Of a DNA stretch of 64,000 nt, positions 20,952 to 31,333 are shown piece after piece. The notes beneath the pieces are model-generated. The model saw nothing but the letters and a program-made list of their open reading frames with translations, ran no database searches and was not told the DNA's origin. Source of the DNA: Vicinamibacteria bacterium (lineage in GTDB: Bacteria; Acidobacteriota; Vicinamibacteria; Marinacidobacterales; Marinacidobacteraceae); the NCBI GenBank assembly GCA_963422395.1, contig OY729431.1, positions 2,496,001 to 2,560,000 of the forward strand. The letters are read 5' to 3'. Both the position numbers and the translations under genes were made by a program. Each line of letters opens with the position of its first letter. The stretch's first letter is position 1.

Positions 20952-22073
20952 GTGGCGGTTTCGGATCTCGAAGATCGGGGTTGCTGGTTCCGTGGCGCTG
21001 CCGGTGAGAATGCGGTCGAAGACGAAGACGAACGGCTCCCCGGAGAGACCGAGGGGCTGCCGGAATCGGGCGACATCATCCCGGAGCCGCCGGTCCCGGT
21101 AGGCGGGGCGGATGACCTGGGCATCGTGGGCCTCTATCTCCGGGACACCCGCCGGTGTGGTCGGCTTACCGGGAAAGATGAACAGCGGTGCGCCCGCTCC
21201 ATGCGGAGGAACGCGCGAGGAAATCGAAAAGCCGAGCAGTCGGCCGCAGAGGCGGCCGCGTTCCATGCCAGCCGCCACCGGATGATCGAGGGGAGCCTCG
21301 GACTCGTCGTTGCGATCGCAAGGGAATACGAACACCTGGGTCTGCCGCTTGAAGACCTCATCCAGGAAGGCAACCTCGGGCTGATCGCGGCAGTGGACAA
21401 GTTCGACCCCGAGCGGAACCTGAGGCTTTCGACCTACGCCGTGACCTGGATCCGAGAAGCGATCTGCCGGGCGCTCTCCCAGAAGTCCCGGACGATCCGG
21501 ATTCCGCTCGACAAACTGGCGATTCGCCGCCGAGCGGCTAAAGTGCATGACGAGATAGAACAGCGGTACGGGAACGAGGCGTGCTGCGGTGGCTCTCGCC
21601 GGGCGCATACCCTGGAGGACGACGCCGGGGAACTCGGAGTGGATGCCGAAGTGCTGCGAACGACGATCCGGCTGGTGCCCGACATCGATCCGCTGGAGGA
21701 CCGGCCGAGCGGCAGGCCATCCCTCTTGGCGTCGCTGCCAGACCCCCAGTCGCCGAATCCGGCGGACCGGGCTGCGGCTGCGGAGCAGCAGCAGCGAGTC
21801 AGGGACGCGGTTTCCGAACTCCCGCCCCGCCTGCAGTGGATCGTGCGGCGGCGCTATGGGCTTTCCGGCGGAGAAGAAGCCGGCTTGGCGAAGGTCGGAC
21901 GCGAAGTGCGACTCTCCGCCGAGCGGGTTCGCCAGTTGCAGCGCCGAGCGCTGCGCCTGCTTCGTGGGATCCACGCTTCTTCTGCCGCGCGCACGGAACC
22001 GATCCGAGGTCGGCCCTCTCGAACCGCTTTGGCCCCTTTCGCCGGAGCGCCGCCCTTCAGATCGCCCGGATGA
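20952..22073 (+). CDS. Sigma-70 family (RpoD/RpoS-like) sigma factor without region 1.1
   Basis: LYLRD, SLGLVVAIAREY, DLIQEGNLGLIAAVDKFDPER, STYAVTWIR, RTIRIP, LSAERVRQLQ. Start uncertain. Confidence 0.88.
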   Translation: MAVSDLEDRGCWFRGAAGENAVEDEDERLPGETEGLPESGDIIPEPPVPVGGADDLGIVGLYLRDTRRCGRLTGKDEQRCARSMRRNARGNRKAEQSAAEAAAFHASRHRMIEGSLGLVVAIAREYEHLGLPLEDLIQEGNLGLIAAVDKFDPERNLRLSTYAVTWIREAICRALSQKSRTIRIPLDKLAIRRRAAKVHDEIEQRYGNEACCGGSRRAHTLEDDAGELGVDAEVLRTTIRLVPDIDPLEDRPSGRPSLLASLPDPQSPNPADRAAAAEQQQRVRDAVSELPPRLQWIVRRRYGLSGGEEAGLAKVGREVRLSAERVRQLQRRALRLLRGIHASSAARTEPIRGRPSRTALAPFAGAPPFRSPG

Positions 22074-23361
22074 CGACTGCAGTGGCGTCGTCGTCCGGGG
22101 CGCCCCCCCGAAAACGACGAGCGGCGCGGACCACCGCGTCGCACACCTCCGCCGCCGGAGTGCCGAGTTCCCGTTCCCGACGCAGCAGCGCTGCGAGCCG
22201 TTTGCGGCCGTAGAGCTCTCCCCGCCGGTCCGAGGACTCGGTGATCCCATCGGTGTAGAGCGCCAGCAGATCGCCGTCCTCGAGCTGGATATCCTGTTCG
22301 AAGTAGCGCGGCGCAGGAAAGAGACCGACCGGGAGGCCCCCGGCCGGGATCTCCTCCGCCGAGCCATCGGCCCGGATCAGCAGCGGCGGCGGGTGGCCGG
22401 CATTGATGTGGATGAGGCGGCGCAGCGGGACATCGAGCACGCCGTAGAACAGGGTGGCGTACCGGCTCTCGCCGACGCTCTCATAGAGGAGCTGGTTCGT
22501 GCGTCCCAGGATCGTCCGCAGCGAGAAGTTCGAGTGGGCGAGCGAGAACACCGAGGCGCGGAGCGCCGCGACCAGGAGCGCGGCGGGGAGACCCTTGCCC
22601 GCTACATCGGCCACCGCGATCCCCCAGCGATCTTCGCCGAGCGCAACGAAGTCGTAGTAGTCCCCGCCGACCTGGGAGCAGGGCTCGTACACCGCCGCCA
22701 CTTCGAGGCCGACGAGCGACGGGTTGTCGTGCGGCAGCAGGTCGTGCAGCACCTTTCCCGCCACTTCCATCTCGGAGACCAGCTTCCGGCCCTCCACCGC
22801 CTTCTCGTAGAAGAGGATGCGTTCGATGGCGGGAGCGGTTCCGGCCGCCCAGGCGCGGAGTGCGGTTCGGTCGCGCTCGCCGAAGGCCGCCGGCCGCTGC
22901 GATTCGGCGACGACGGCACCGAGGCGGCGGCCGCCCGCCCCGAGGAGCGGGGCGACGACCGCCGAACCGGTTTCCGGGCTCAGGTCGGGATCTTCGAACG
23001 CCATCCCCCCCTGAGCCGACCCGACGAGCTCCGGCCGACCGCTCTCCATGACCTGAGCCACGACCCCGCCCGCCGGAATCTCGCAGCCATCCGGGATTTC
23101 CGTATCCACCAGCTCGCTGGCGCGGCCACGCGCCCGCCTGCAGATCAGGCTTCCGTCGAGGCCGACGATGGTGAGCGTCGCGCGGTCGCAACCCGGCAGC
23201 ACCTGGCGCAGCCCGGCGAGCACGGTGTCCGCGGTGCGCCCGATCTCCAGACTGCGCCCGACCTCCTGGAAGGCTTCGAGCAGTCGATCGGCGTTCGTTT
23301 CGAGCAGGCCCTCGGCGGTCGCCCCTCGACGGTCATCGCTGGGAAGCCGAGGAGCGGGCAC
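22057..23361 (-). CDS. GAF plus SpoIIE/RsbU-type PP2C phosphatase
   Basis: VGGDYYDF, VADVAGKG, NAGHPPP, LYTDGITE, DDDAT. Start trimmed to avoid overlap with the upstream gene. Confidence 0.88.
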   Translation of the reverse strand: MPAPRLPSDDRRGATAEGLLETNADRLLEAFQEVGRSLEIGRTADTVLAGLRQVLPGCDRATLTIVGLDGSLICRRARGRASELVDTEIPDGCEIPAGGVVAQVMESGRPELVGSAQGGMAFEDPDLSPETGSAVVAPLLGAGGRRLGAVVAESQRPAAFGERDRTALRAWAAGTAPAIERILFYEKAVEGRKLVSEMEVAGKVLHDLLPHDNPSLVGLEVAAVYEPCSQVGGDYYDFVALGEDRWGIAVADVAGKGLPAALLVAALRASVFSLAHSNFSLRTILGRTNQLLYESVGESRYATLFYGVLDVPLRRLIHINAGHPPPLLIRADGSAEEIPAGGLPVGLFPAPRYFEQDIQLEDGDLLALYTDGITESSDRRGELYGRKRLAALLRRERELGTPAAEVCDAVVRAARRFRGGAPDDDATAVVIRAI

Positions 23362-23408
23362 CGCCGCGTCGAGAGGCCCGGCAGCGAAACGAGAAGGGGG
23401 CAGCGCGG

Positions 23409-24077
23409 TTACCGCATCGCGAAGCAGTAGAACAGGCCGTCGCCTCCGGTTCCCTGGAGGTCCGCCTGCCCGCAGCCGCGCGAGCCGTGGGCCGAGTTCC
23501 ACGAAGAGCCGTCGTCGCCCCCGCCGACCCGGTCGTGGTGCCCCACCCGGGCGCTGCCATCGCCGGCGTTGCTCGTCCAGTCGGCACAGGTGGTGTCCCC
23601 TTCCCCCTGAAAAGCGGTCCCGTCGGCGGCGGTCCCGGTGATGATGTCGTGGCGGTTCACCTCATCGCCGCGGCCGCTGATGACTTCGCCCTTCTCGGAG
23701 ACGGAGTTCTCCTTGCTCAGCAAGTTGGCGTCGCTGTGGAGGCCGGCCCCATCCGCCGCGACCCTCACCCCGTTCGCGTTGTGCCAGGGGCCCGCGCCGA
23801 TGCGGTCTCTGGCGTCCACTGCGCCGCTGCCGGTCGTGCTCAGGTAGGCGCGCCAGGTGAGGCCGTCAGCGGCCATCGCCTCGGAAGCGAGCAGCGCGCA
23901 ATGCGAATCCGCGCCTTCGAGCCCGCCGAGGTCGGCGCCGTCGCCGGGACCACGGCTGGTGAGGAAGAAAGTCATCTCCTCCTGCGCAACACGCGCCGTC
24001 TCCGGGCTCCCCGAGGAAAATGCGAAAAGCGCCGGAACGCCGGTGGCGACCAACAGGGGCAGTGCGATGCGCTTCAT
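23409..24077 (-). CDS. Secreted lectin-like (endostatin/NC10-like) protein
   Basis: Signal peptide; FFLTS..GDGADLGGLEGADSHC, WRAYLS, ARDRIGAGPW, HDIITG, TCADWTS, GLFYCFA. Confidence 0.75.
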   Translation of the reverse strand: MKRIALPLLVATGVPALFAFSSGSPETARVAQEEMTFFLTSRGPGDGADLGGLEGADSHCALLASEAMAADGLTWRAYLSTTGSGAVDARDRIGAGPWHNANGVRVAADGAGLHSDANLLSKENSVSEKGEVISGRGDEVNRHDIITGTAADGTAFQGEGDTTCADWTSNAGDGSARVGHHDRVGGGDDGSSWNSAHGSRGCGQADLQGTGGDGLFYCFAMR

Positions 24078-24274
24078 GGAAGGCTCCTTTTCCGGTCGAT
24101 TCGCCGGACCCGTCATTCTAGGAGTCTTTTCGGGGGTTCGCTCGGGAAGTTACGGATGCCATCCGAGGCAGCCGGGCATGAGCGCCTCCTCCCCCCGGGG
24201 CCGACAGGTCGAACCATTGCCGCAAGGAGCAGATCCGCAGCCACCGCTCCAACTCCACCGGCGGCGCGGATTCC

Positions 24275-25363
24275 TCAGCGAAGCCGGCGGATCCCGAACC
24301 AGAGGAGCGGCAGGATGAAGACCGCCCAGAACATGTAGGTGAGGATCCGGTAGCCGATCCCGATCAGGCCCTCGAGTCCCGCCTGCGCGAGCAGGACGGC
24401 GGCCAGCAGGACGATCGTCGAAGTCACCGGCCGCAGCCAGGGCCTGAGGGCGCGGCCGCTCTCCTCCATGGCGCGGGCGGCCCGCTCGTTGACTGCGTGG
24501 ATCAGACTGGTCGCGGTTTCGATCAGGGTGCCGAACAGGATCAACTGGAAGGCGGCCGAAAGCAGCGGCGAGCCGATTCGCTCCAGCAGCACGAGTGAGG
24601 GAACGGTCTCCGCAAGCATTCCCGAGCCGAGCCCGGCGATCGCCACGAAGAAGAGCACGGCGGGGAGGATCCCGATGGGCCCGGCGAGGATTCCGGCGGT
24701 GATCGCGTCGCGCCGGGTCACCAGATGGCGGCCGCAGAAGAGCACCGCCGGCAGCGTGCCCACGTTGTAGGCCATGTATTCCGCTCCGCCGAGCGCCCAG
24801 TCACGGGTCGCGGCGCCGTCCCGGAGGGCGGCCGCGATGTCCGGCCCGAAGGAGCGGAAGGCGGCGAACAGCACCACCCCATAGACGGCATAGAGGGCGA
24901 GCGACCAGAAGGAGAGGAAGTTCTCTACCGCTGCCGTACCCCGGAGGACCAGCCAGCCCACCGCCAGCATGATGCCGGCTACCCCGGCGGCATAGGGAAG
25001 GCCCAGCGAGCGGGAGGCGATTTCGCCGCCGGCGGCGGCCACCACCGAAACCACCGCCAGCATGGCGGCGAGATAGGTGACTTCGTAGAGCCAATACCCC
25101 CGGCCCAGGAGTTCCCGGGCGAAGCTCCGGTAGTCGTAGGCGCGGGCCCGCCGGGCGATCTCGAAAGTCAGCGCGCAGACCACCGACCAGAGCGGCACGG
25201 TCACCAGGAGCATCCCCAGCAGGCCCCCCAGGACTCCCTTGCTCAGGAAGAAGTCCACCAGCTCGCGGCCGGTGCCGTACCCGCCGGCGATGATCATGGA
25301 CTGGAAGCAGAATCCCGGCAGCAGAATCCTTCGGAACCAGTTGGAACGGAGGGGGTTTCGCAT
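24275..25363 (-). CDS. YkvI-family membrane protein
   Basis: IIAGGYGTGRELVDFF motif; about 10 TM helices. Confidence 0.8.
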   Translation of the reverse strand: MRNPLRSNWFRRILLPGFCFQSMIIAGGYGTGRELVDFFLSKGVLGGLLGMLLVTVPLWSVVCALTFEIARRARAYDYRSFARELLGRGYWLYEVTYLAAMLAVVSVVAAAGGEIASRSLGLPYAAGVAGIMLAVGWLVLRGTAAVENFLSFWSLALYAVYGVVLFAAFRSFGPDIAAALRDGAATRDWALGGAEYMAYNVGTLPAVLFCGRHLVTRRDAITAGILAGPIGILPAVLFFVAIAGLGSGMLAETVPSLVLLERIGSPLLSAAFQLILFGTLIETATSLIHAVNERAARAMEESGRALRPWLRPVTSTIVLLAAVLLAQAGLEGLIGIGYRILTYMFWAVFILPLLWFGIRRLR

Positions 25364-25468
25364 CGGCGGGCCGGGGGGCGGGCACCGAGGATACCGGCTG
25401 CCGAGCCCAGGAAGCTGCGGCCGGACAGGGCCCGCCTCGCCGGGAAGGCGAACCGCTGCCGCCCGGGG

Positions 25469-27904
25469 CTATCCGTGGCGAAGGGCGGCGATGGGTTGGA
25501 TGCGGGCGGACCGGCGGGCGGGGATGATGCTGGCTAGCACCGCGGCGCCGAGCACGATGACGAGGGTTGCGACCCAGGACGAAGGGTCGGACGCCCGCAC
25601 TCCGAAGAGCAGGCTCTGGAGCAGCCGACTCGCGAACAGCGCTCCGACGAGCCCGGCCGCAAGCCCGATGGCGGCGAGACGCATCCCCTCGCTCAGGATC
25701 AGCCGCGTCAACTCGGCGCGGCCGGCGCCGAAGGCCATCCGGACGCCGATTTCGGCGGTCCGTTCCGCAGCCAGTGCCGACACCACGCTGTAAGACCCGG
25801 CAGCCGCGAGCGCCACCGCGAGGGCGGCGAACACCGTCAGCAGCAGCGCGAGGAAGCGCGAGTCCTGCAAGGAGTCGGCGAGCACTGCCTCCATGCTGCG
25901 GAAGCCGTCCACCGGAAGCGCCGGATCGAGCTCGTGGGCGGCTTCCCGCACCGGCACCGCCAGCGCCTCGGGCGGCAGCTCCGAGCGCAGAACCACATGC
26001 ATCGCGCGCGGCGCGTAACCGGCGGCAGCGGCCGTTTGCGGGTAGTGGAAATAGACTTCGGTGCCGGTCTCGGCCCCGAGTCCGCCCTGTTTCACATCCT
26101 TGGCTACGCCGATCACGGTGAACCAGGGGATCTCGGAGCCGGGGGGCTTCAGCCGCCGTCCGATGGGATCCTGATCGGGCCAGAACAGCTCCGCTGCCGT
26201 CCGGTTCACGACCGCGACCGGCGTCGCCCCGCCGTCGTCGGAGGGAGTGAAGCCGCGCCCGGCGAGCAGCGGGATCCCCATGGTCTCGAAGTAACCCGAC
26301 CCGGCGAACTGCCAGTAATCCATGTTCTGCTCGGGATACCCCTCACTCTCGGGCAGGCCCTCGATCAGGGTGTCGTTCGCGTTCAGCCGCCGGCGCGGCG
26401 GCAGTCCGCTCATCATGGTGACGGCTTCTACCCCGGGAATCCGTTCGATCCGGGCGCTCAGCCGGTCGAGGAAGGCCAACTGGTCCGTCGACTCCGGGTA
26501 ATCGGTTTCGGGTAGAAAGGTCTGGAAGGCCGAAAGCTCCGACGGCGCAAAGCCGGGGTCCTCGGCCTGGAGAGCGAAGAGGCTTCGCACCAGCAGCAGG
26601 GAGGAGATCAGCAGCACTGCCGACAGGCCGATCTCGAAAGCCACGAGCCCCTGACGCAGCCGCCGCCGCTTCGGGGTGGTGCGGAGCCCGCCCGACTGCA
26701 GGCTCGCGAGCAGCTGCGCCTCCTGGCGTCCGGTGGCGAGGTAGGCCGCCGGCGCCGCTCCGCTGACGAGACCGGTGATCAGCACCGCAGCGACGGCGAA
26801 ACCCAGCACCGGCCACGAGATTCCGATCTCGGCGATCCGGGGGATCCCGCCGGGGTAGGCGGCGACGAGGGCTTCGGTGGCAGCCGCGGCGAGGAACACG
26901 CCGAGGGCGCCGCCGAGGCCGGCGACGATGAAGCCCTCGCCCAGGAACGGCATGGCACTCCGGAAGCGCCCCGAGCCGAGCGCGGTGCGCACGGCGATCT
27001 CGCCGCGCCGCGCCTCCGCCCGCCCGAGAACGAGATTCCCGAGGTTCGCGCAGGCGGCGAAGAGCAACACCCCGGAGAGCGCCAGCAGCGCGAGCAGTCG
27101 GGCGCTGTGCTCGCCGACCACCTCCTCATGCAGATCCACCAGGATCACTGGATGGAACTCGGGATGGGGAGCGTGGGTGTCCTGCGACTCCGATCTCCAA
27201 CGGTCGAGAAGCACCGGCAACTCCGCGCGGGCGGAATCCAGCCCGGCCCCCTCGGCGAGCCGGGCCACCATGATGTAGTTGTGGGATCCCCGCCCCGGCA
27301 AGTCGGCGGGATCGAGCGCGAGCGGAGTCCAGACCTCGATGCGGTGGTCGAGCAGGTCCACGCCTTTCGGCAGCACACCGATGACGGTGTGCTGCACCCC
27401 GTCCACCAGGAGTCGGGTTCCGAGCACCCCCGGATCGGCGCCGAAGGCCCGCTGCCAGAGACCGTGAGAGAGGACGACGACCGGTTCGGTGCCTGGGCGA
27501 TCTTCCTCTTCGCCGAAGACGCGCCCGAGAGCCGCCGAGATGCCGAGGGTGCGGAAGAGGCTGGCAGTGACAGCCGCCTCCTGGGCCCGGAAGGGCGCCC
27601 CGCCTCCCTGAAGCGAGGCCATCCCGGCATTGAAGGCCCCGGCCTCCTCGAAAGAGGAGCTCCACTCGCGGTATTCGAGGTATTCCGGCGCGGAGATCCA
27701 GAACTTGTCGAACCCCATGGTGGGGAACTGCGTCGCGACCCGGACCAGATCGTCGGGCGCCCGGTAGGGCAGCGGGGCGAAGAGCGCCGTGTTCACCACG
27801 GTGAAGACGGCGGTGTTGACACCGACGCCGAGAGCGATCACCAGGACCGCGAAGGCTGCGTAGCCGGGGTTCTTCAACAGCGAGCGAACGGCGGGGAATT
27901 TCAC
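25469..27904 (-). CDS. ABC transporter permease with duplicated MacB/FtsX domains (ADOP type)
   Basis: ALGVGVNTAVFTVVN, ACANLGNL..RRGEIAVRTALG, EIGVRMAFGA, PARRSARIQPIAALR. Confidence 0.92.
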   Translation of the reverse strand: MKFPAVRSLLKNPGYAAFAVLVIALGVGVNTAVFTVVNTALFAPLPYRAPDDLVRVATQFPTMGFDKFWISAPEYLEYREWSSSFEEAGAFNAGMASLQGGGAPFRAQEAAVTASLFRTLGISAALGRVFGEEEDRPGTEPVVVLSHGLWQRAFGADPGVLGTRLLVDGVQHTVIGVLPKGVDLLDHRIEVWTPLALDPADLPGRGSHNYIMVARLAEGAGLDSARAELPVLLDRWRSESQDTHAPHPEFHPVILVDLHEEVVGEHSARLLALLALSGVLLFAACANLGNLVLGRAEARRGEIAVRTALGSGRFRSAMPFLGEGFIVAGLGGALGVFLAAAATEALVAAYPGGIPRIAEIGISWPVLGFAVAAVLITGLVSGAAPAAYLATGRQEAQLLASLQSGGLRTTPKRRRLRQGLVAFEIGLSAVLLISSLLLVRSLFALQAEDPGFAPSELSAFQTFLPETDYPESTDQLAFLDRLSARIERIPGVEAVTMMSGLPPRRRLNANDTLIEGLPESEGYPEQNMDYWQFAGSGYFETMGIPLLAGRGFTPSDDGGATPVAVVNRTAAELFWPDQDPIGRRLKPPGSEIPWFTVIGVAKDVKQGGLGAETGTEVYFHYPQTAAAAGYAPRAMHVVLRSELPPEALAVPVREAAHELDPALPVDGFRSMEAVLADSLQDSRFLALLLTVFAALAVALAAAGSYSVVSALAAERTAEIGVRMAFGAGRAELTRLILSEGMRLAAIGLAAGLVGALFASRLLQSLLFGVRASDPSSWVATLVIVLGAAVLASIIPARRSARIQPIAALRHG

Positions 27905-27989
27905 TGGGGCGCCTCTCGTTGACCAGATAGAACGATTCCGGCTGGCTGGAGGTTCATCGAGCCGCGGCCTCGCCGTTATGCTCGGCGGC

Positions 27990-28541
27990 ATGGACATCCG
28001 CCGGAGGTTTTCCCGGGGAATCGCCGCGCTCCCGATCCTCCTGGGCGCGCTCCTCCCGGGTACAGCGGCGGCCCATGAGGAATCGGAGGAGGCGTTGGTC
28101 GCGGCCCGGTGGTTCCGGCTCGTCGAGGGACTCGACGGGAGCGAGGCGAGCCGGGAAGCGTTCCTCGCTCTCTATGCCGAAGACGCGCTCCATATCCAGG
28201 GACCCTCCGGACCGCACCAGCGGGGAAGCGCCGCCTACTGGGGACGGGAGAAGGTGGGCCTCCTCGTGGACCGGCTGCTCGCCGAGTGGACGGACCACTC
28301 GATCCGTCCCGAAGTGGCCACCGCCGCCGAGGTCTCGGAGACGGTCTGGGCCGAGGCCCCGGGCCCCTGGGGCGGCCCCTTGGTCGCCGTCCAGTTCACG
28401 ATCACCGGCACCCGCGTCGCCGACGAGACCCGCTGGCAGGTTCCGGGAGCGGCCTTCTTCCGAATCCGAGGCGGGGAACTGGTGCGGGTGCGGATCTACC
28501 TGGGACTCGGAGAAGCCGCCGAAGTCGAAATCCAGCGGTGA
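27990..28541 (+). CDS. Secreted SnoaL/NTF2-like protein
   Basis: Signal peptide, FLALYAEDA, GAAFFRIRGGELVRVRIY. Confidence 0.65.
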   Translation: MDIRRRFSRGIAALPILLGALLPGTAAAHEESEEALVAARWFRLVEGLDGSEASREAFLALYAEDALHIQGPSGPHQRGSAAYWGREKVGLLVDRLLAEWTDHSIRPEVATAAEVSETVWAEAPGPWGGPLVAVQFTITGTRVADETRWQVPGAAFFRIRGGELVRVRIYLGLGEAAEVEIQR

Positions 28542-28604
28542 ACGCTAGCACTGCCGCGGCTCTATATAGATAGCTTCGACATAGGGATAGGATGGAAAGG
28601 GAGC

Positions 28605-29612
28605 ATGAAGGAGAGCGTTCGTCCCCGGTGTTACCTTCCGGCGATGCGACGCATCGTTCCCATGTTGTTCCTGGCCACCGCCTGCTCGGCGCCGCCCGAG
28701 ATCGCCGATCCACCGGGTGAGCCCGAGACCGACCTGCCGCCCATCCTCGCCCAGAACGCCTTCCTCTACTACCGCGACCTCGCGGGTGCGGAGGCATTCT
28801 ACGGAGAAGTGCTCGGATTGCCGCTCGCCGCCGACTTCGGGTTCGCCAAGATGTTCCGGGTTGCGGAATCGGCGTACTTGACCCTCGTGGACGAAGCCGA
28901 GGGGATGCACAGTGCCGACGAGCCGAAGACGGTGGCCTTCGCGCTGATCAGCGAGCGGCTCGCCGCCTGGCAGGAGCGGCTCGACGCGGCGGGCGCCGAC
29001 TTCCGCAGCCGTTTCGACCCCGAAACGGCCGACCCGGAGGCGCCGCATCACGGCTTCACGGTGTACGACCCCGGCGGTTACCTCCTGGAGTTCGAGCGAT
29101 TCCTGCCCCACCCAGAGAACACCGAGCTGATGCCGATCCTCGATTCCACCGAGCCGCTCGGCGGGGACGGCGCGGCGGCGGGACCGGGCATGGGGTTCGA
29201 GGCCATGATCGTCTGGCTCTACTACCCGGACATCCCGCCGCTCCTCGACTTCTATCGACAGGGGTTCGGGCTGCCGCAGACCGTGGATCAGGGATGGGTG
29301 AAGATCCTGCGCACTTCGCACGCCGGATTCGTCGGCCTCGTGGACTCGAATCGGGGGATGCACTCCTTCACCGAGGAGAAGGCGGTCACGGTGAGCTTCT
29401 TCGTGGATGCGGTGGAGCCCTGGTTCGCGCGCCTCTCGTCCTTCCCCGGCTACCGCCGGCGGACCGGGATCCTCACCGAGAGCGACCGGGTGCAGGTCTT
29501 CGTCGGCTACGACCCGGCGAACTACACGATCGAGTTCGACGAGTTCTTCGAGGCCCCCGGAAACGAGGAGTTGCGGGCTCAGCTCGCAGCGGTACCCCGG
29601 CAGAACCACTAG
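28605..29612 (+). CDS. Tandem VOC/glyoxalase-domain lipoprotein
   Basis: Two repeats of LYY.D...FY...GL and DP.GY.(L/I)EF; lipobox ATAC. Start may lie slightly downstream. Confidence 0.8.
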   Translation: MKESVRPRCYLPAMRRIVPMLFLATACSAPPEIADPPGEPETDLPPILAQNAFLYYRDLAGAEAFYGEVLGLPLAADFGFAKMFRVAESAYLTLVDEAEGMHSADEPKTVAFALISERLAAWQERLDAAGADFRSRFDPETADPEAPHHGFTVYDPGGYLLEFERFLPHPENTELMPILDSTEPLGGDGAAAGPGMGFEAMIVWLYYPDIPPLLDFYRQGFGLPQTVDQGWVKILRTSHAGFVGLVDSNRGMHSFTEEKAVTVSFFVDAVEPWFARLSSFPGYRRRTGILTESDRVQVFVGYDPANYTIEFDEFFEAPGNEELRAQLAAVPRQNH

Positions 29613-29673
29613 CTGCGCAGGGGACCGGCAGCCTGCACGGCCGCCCCTCGCGGCGCCGCCGCCGGGCGCGCCG

Positions 29674-31032
29674 TTACATGTAGTCGGATTGATGGGTCGC
29701 GAGATGGTGGACGGCGCGGACCAGGGCATCCACCTCGCCGGGCATGTTGTAGAAGTGGACCGAAGCACGAACCGCGGAGAGATCGGGTTTCTCCACGGTG
29801 CGGATGAAGATCCGCTCGCGGTCCATCACTCCGGCGACGATGTTCTCGGGCGGGACCTCGCCGATGCTGAAGGCGGTGAGCGCCGCCGCGAGCCGCGGGT
29901 CCGCCGCAGTGCGCAGGGTGACCCCGGGAATACCGGAGAGCTCCTCCCGGAGGCGGTCGTTCATCGCACGGATCCGCGATTCGATGTTCTGCATGCCGAT
30001 GGTCTGCTGCAGCTCGACCGCGGCGCCGAGGGCCAGCGACGAAGCCGCGTTCCGCTGCCCGCCGAAGTCGTAGATGCGCGCGCCCTGCTGGTATTCCCCC
30101 TTCTCCTCTTCGGCGACCCAGCAGTCGGGCCAGATCCGGTCCTGCAGATCGGACCGCACATAGGCGATCCCGGTTCCGGTGCCGGCGAGCAGCCACTTCT
30201 GCCCCGCACCGGCATAGTGGTCGCAGCCCATCGCACGGAGGTCGATATCCACCATGCCGACCGGATGGGCGCCGTCCACCGAACTGAGCACTCCGTGCTC
30301 GCGCGCCAGGGTGCAGAGCTCACGGACCGGCATCATCGCGCCGGTGGGGTACATGGCGTGGCTGACCACGAGGGCGCGGGTCTTCGGCCCCATCGCCTTC
30401 CGGTAGATGTCCACTACCTGCTCCGGGCTCTCCGGCGGCCAGGGGACATCCACCCATCGGATCCGCAGGCCGTGCCGTTTTTCGAGGCCGCGGTAGATCT
30501 GGATCGGCCAGGGGTGCTCATGCGGGTTCATGAGGACTTCGTCGCCCTCGCGCCAGTCGAGCCCCATGGCGAAAACGCGCATGCCCTCGGTGGTGTTGCG
30601 GACCAGCGAGATCTCGGAGATGTCGGCGCCGAGGAACTCGGCGAGCTGGCCCCGCACCACCTCCCGATCGGCGAAGCGGTAGCCGTTCCGAGGATCCTCG
30701 GAGACCTCGCGGGCGACCCGCTCCATCGTGTCGAGCACGACCCGAGGCGACGGCCCGAGCGTGCCGTTGTTCATGAAGGTCATGCCGTCGAGCACATTGA
30801 ACTGCCCGCGAACCTTCCACCAGTAGGCCTCGTCCACGGCTCCGGCGGGAGGGACGAGGTCCCGAAGGGTGCCGGCGACCGACGGATCGGGGTTCGCAGC
30901 GCCGAGCGCCGGGCGGGCAGCGAACGCGGCGGCGGCAGTGGCAGCAGCAGCAGTGGAAGCGCCGAGGAAGCCGCGGCGGGTCCAGCCGGCGGCGCCGTCC
31001 GTTTCGGGGTTCGGGGTCTTCGGGTTCGGCAT
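29674..31032 (-). CDS. Tat-exported class V PLP aminotransferase (isopenicillin-N epimerase/cysteine desulfurase-like)
   Basis: TRRGFL Tat motif, NNGTLGPSP, RNTTEG, VDGAH, GQKWL. Confidence 0.88.
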   Translation of the reverse strand: MPNPKTPNPETDGAAGWTRRGFLGASTAAAATAAAAFAARPALGAANPDPSVAGTLRDLVPPAGAVDEAYWWKVRGQFNVLDGMTFMNNGTLGPSPRVVLDTMERVAREVSEDPRNGYRFADREVVRGQLAEFLGADISEISLVRNTTEGMRVFAMGLDWREGDEVLMNPHEHPWPIQIYRGLEKRHGLRIRWVDVPWPPESPEQVVDIYRKAMGPKTRALVVSHAMYPTGAMMPVRELCTLAREHGVLSSVDGAHPVGMVDIDLRAMGCDHYAGAGQKWLLAGTGTGIAYVRSDLQDRIWPDCWVAEEEKGEYQQGARIYDFGGQRNAASSLALGAAVELQQTIGMQNIESRIRAMNDRLREELSGIPGVTLRTAADPRLAAALTAFSIGEVPPENIVAGVMDRERIFIRTVEKPDLSAVRASVHFYNMPGEVDALVRAVHHLATHQSDYM

Positions 31033-31333
31033 GTCAGGGTCTCCTCAGGATCTCCGGGAAGCGCACCGACCAGCGAGCACCGCGAACCGGAGAGGCCCCG
31101 GACGCTATCCGCTCGCGAGCCGAGCCGTCAATGGCCACTCGGGGGCTGCGCCGGGGGAGCTTCGGACAGGCGGTCGCAGGGGAGCGGACCGAGGCCCCAC
31201 GGAAAGCTGCTCTTCCCGCCTATAGAAGAGGATGTTGCGCTTGCTTCGCAGGGGCTCGATGGGTGTCCCCGCATGGATGACGATTTTTGTCCAGGTGATC
31301 GAGTATCCTGTCTTGCTTCAGACCCTCTCTGCG

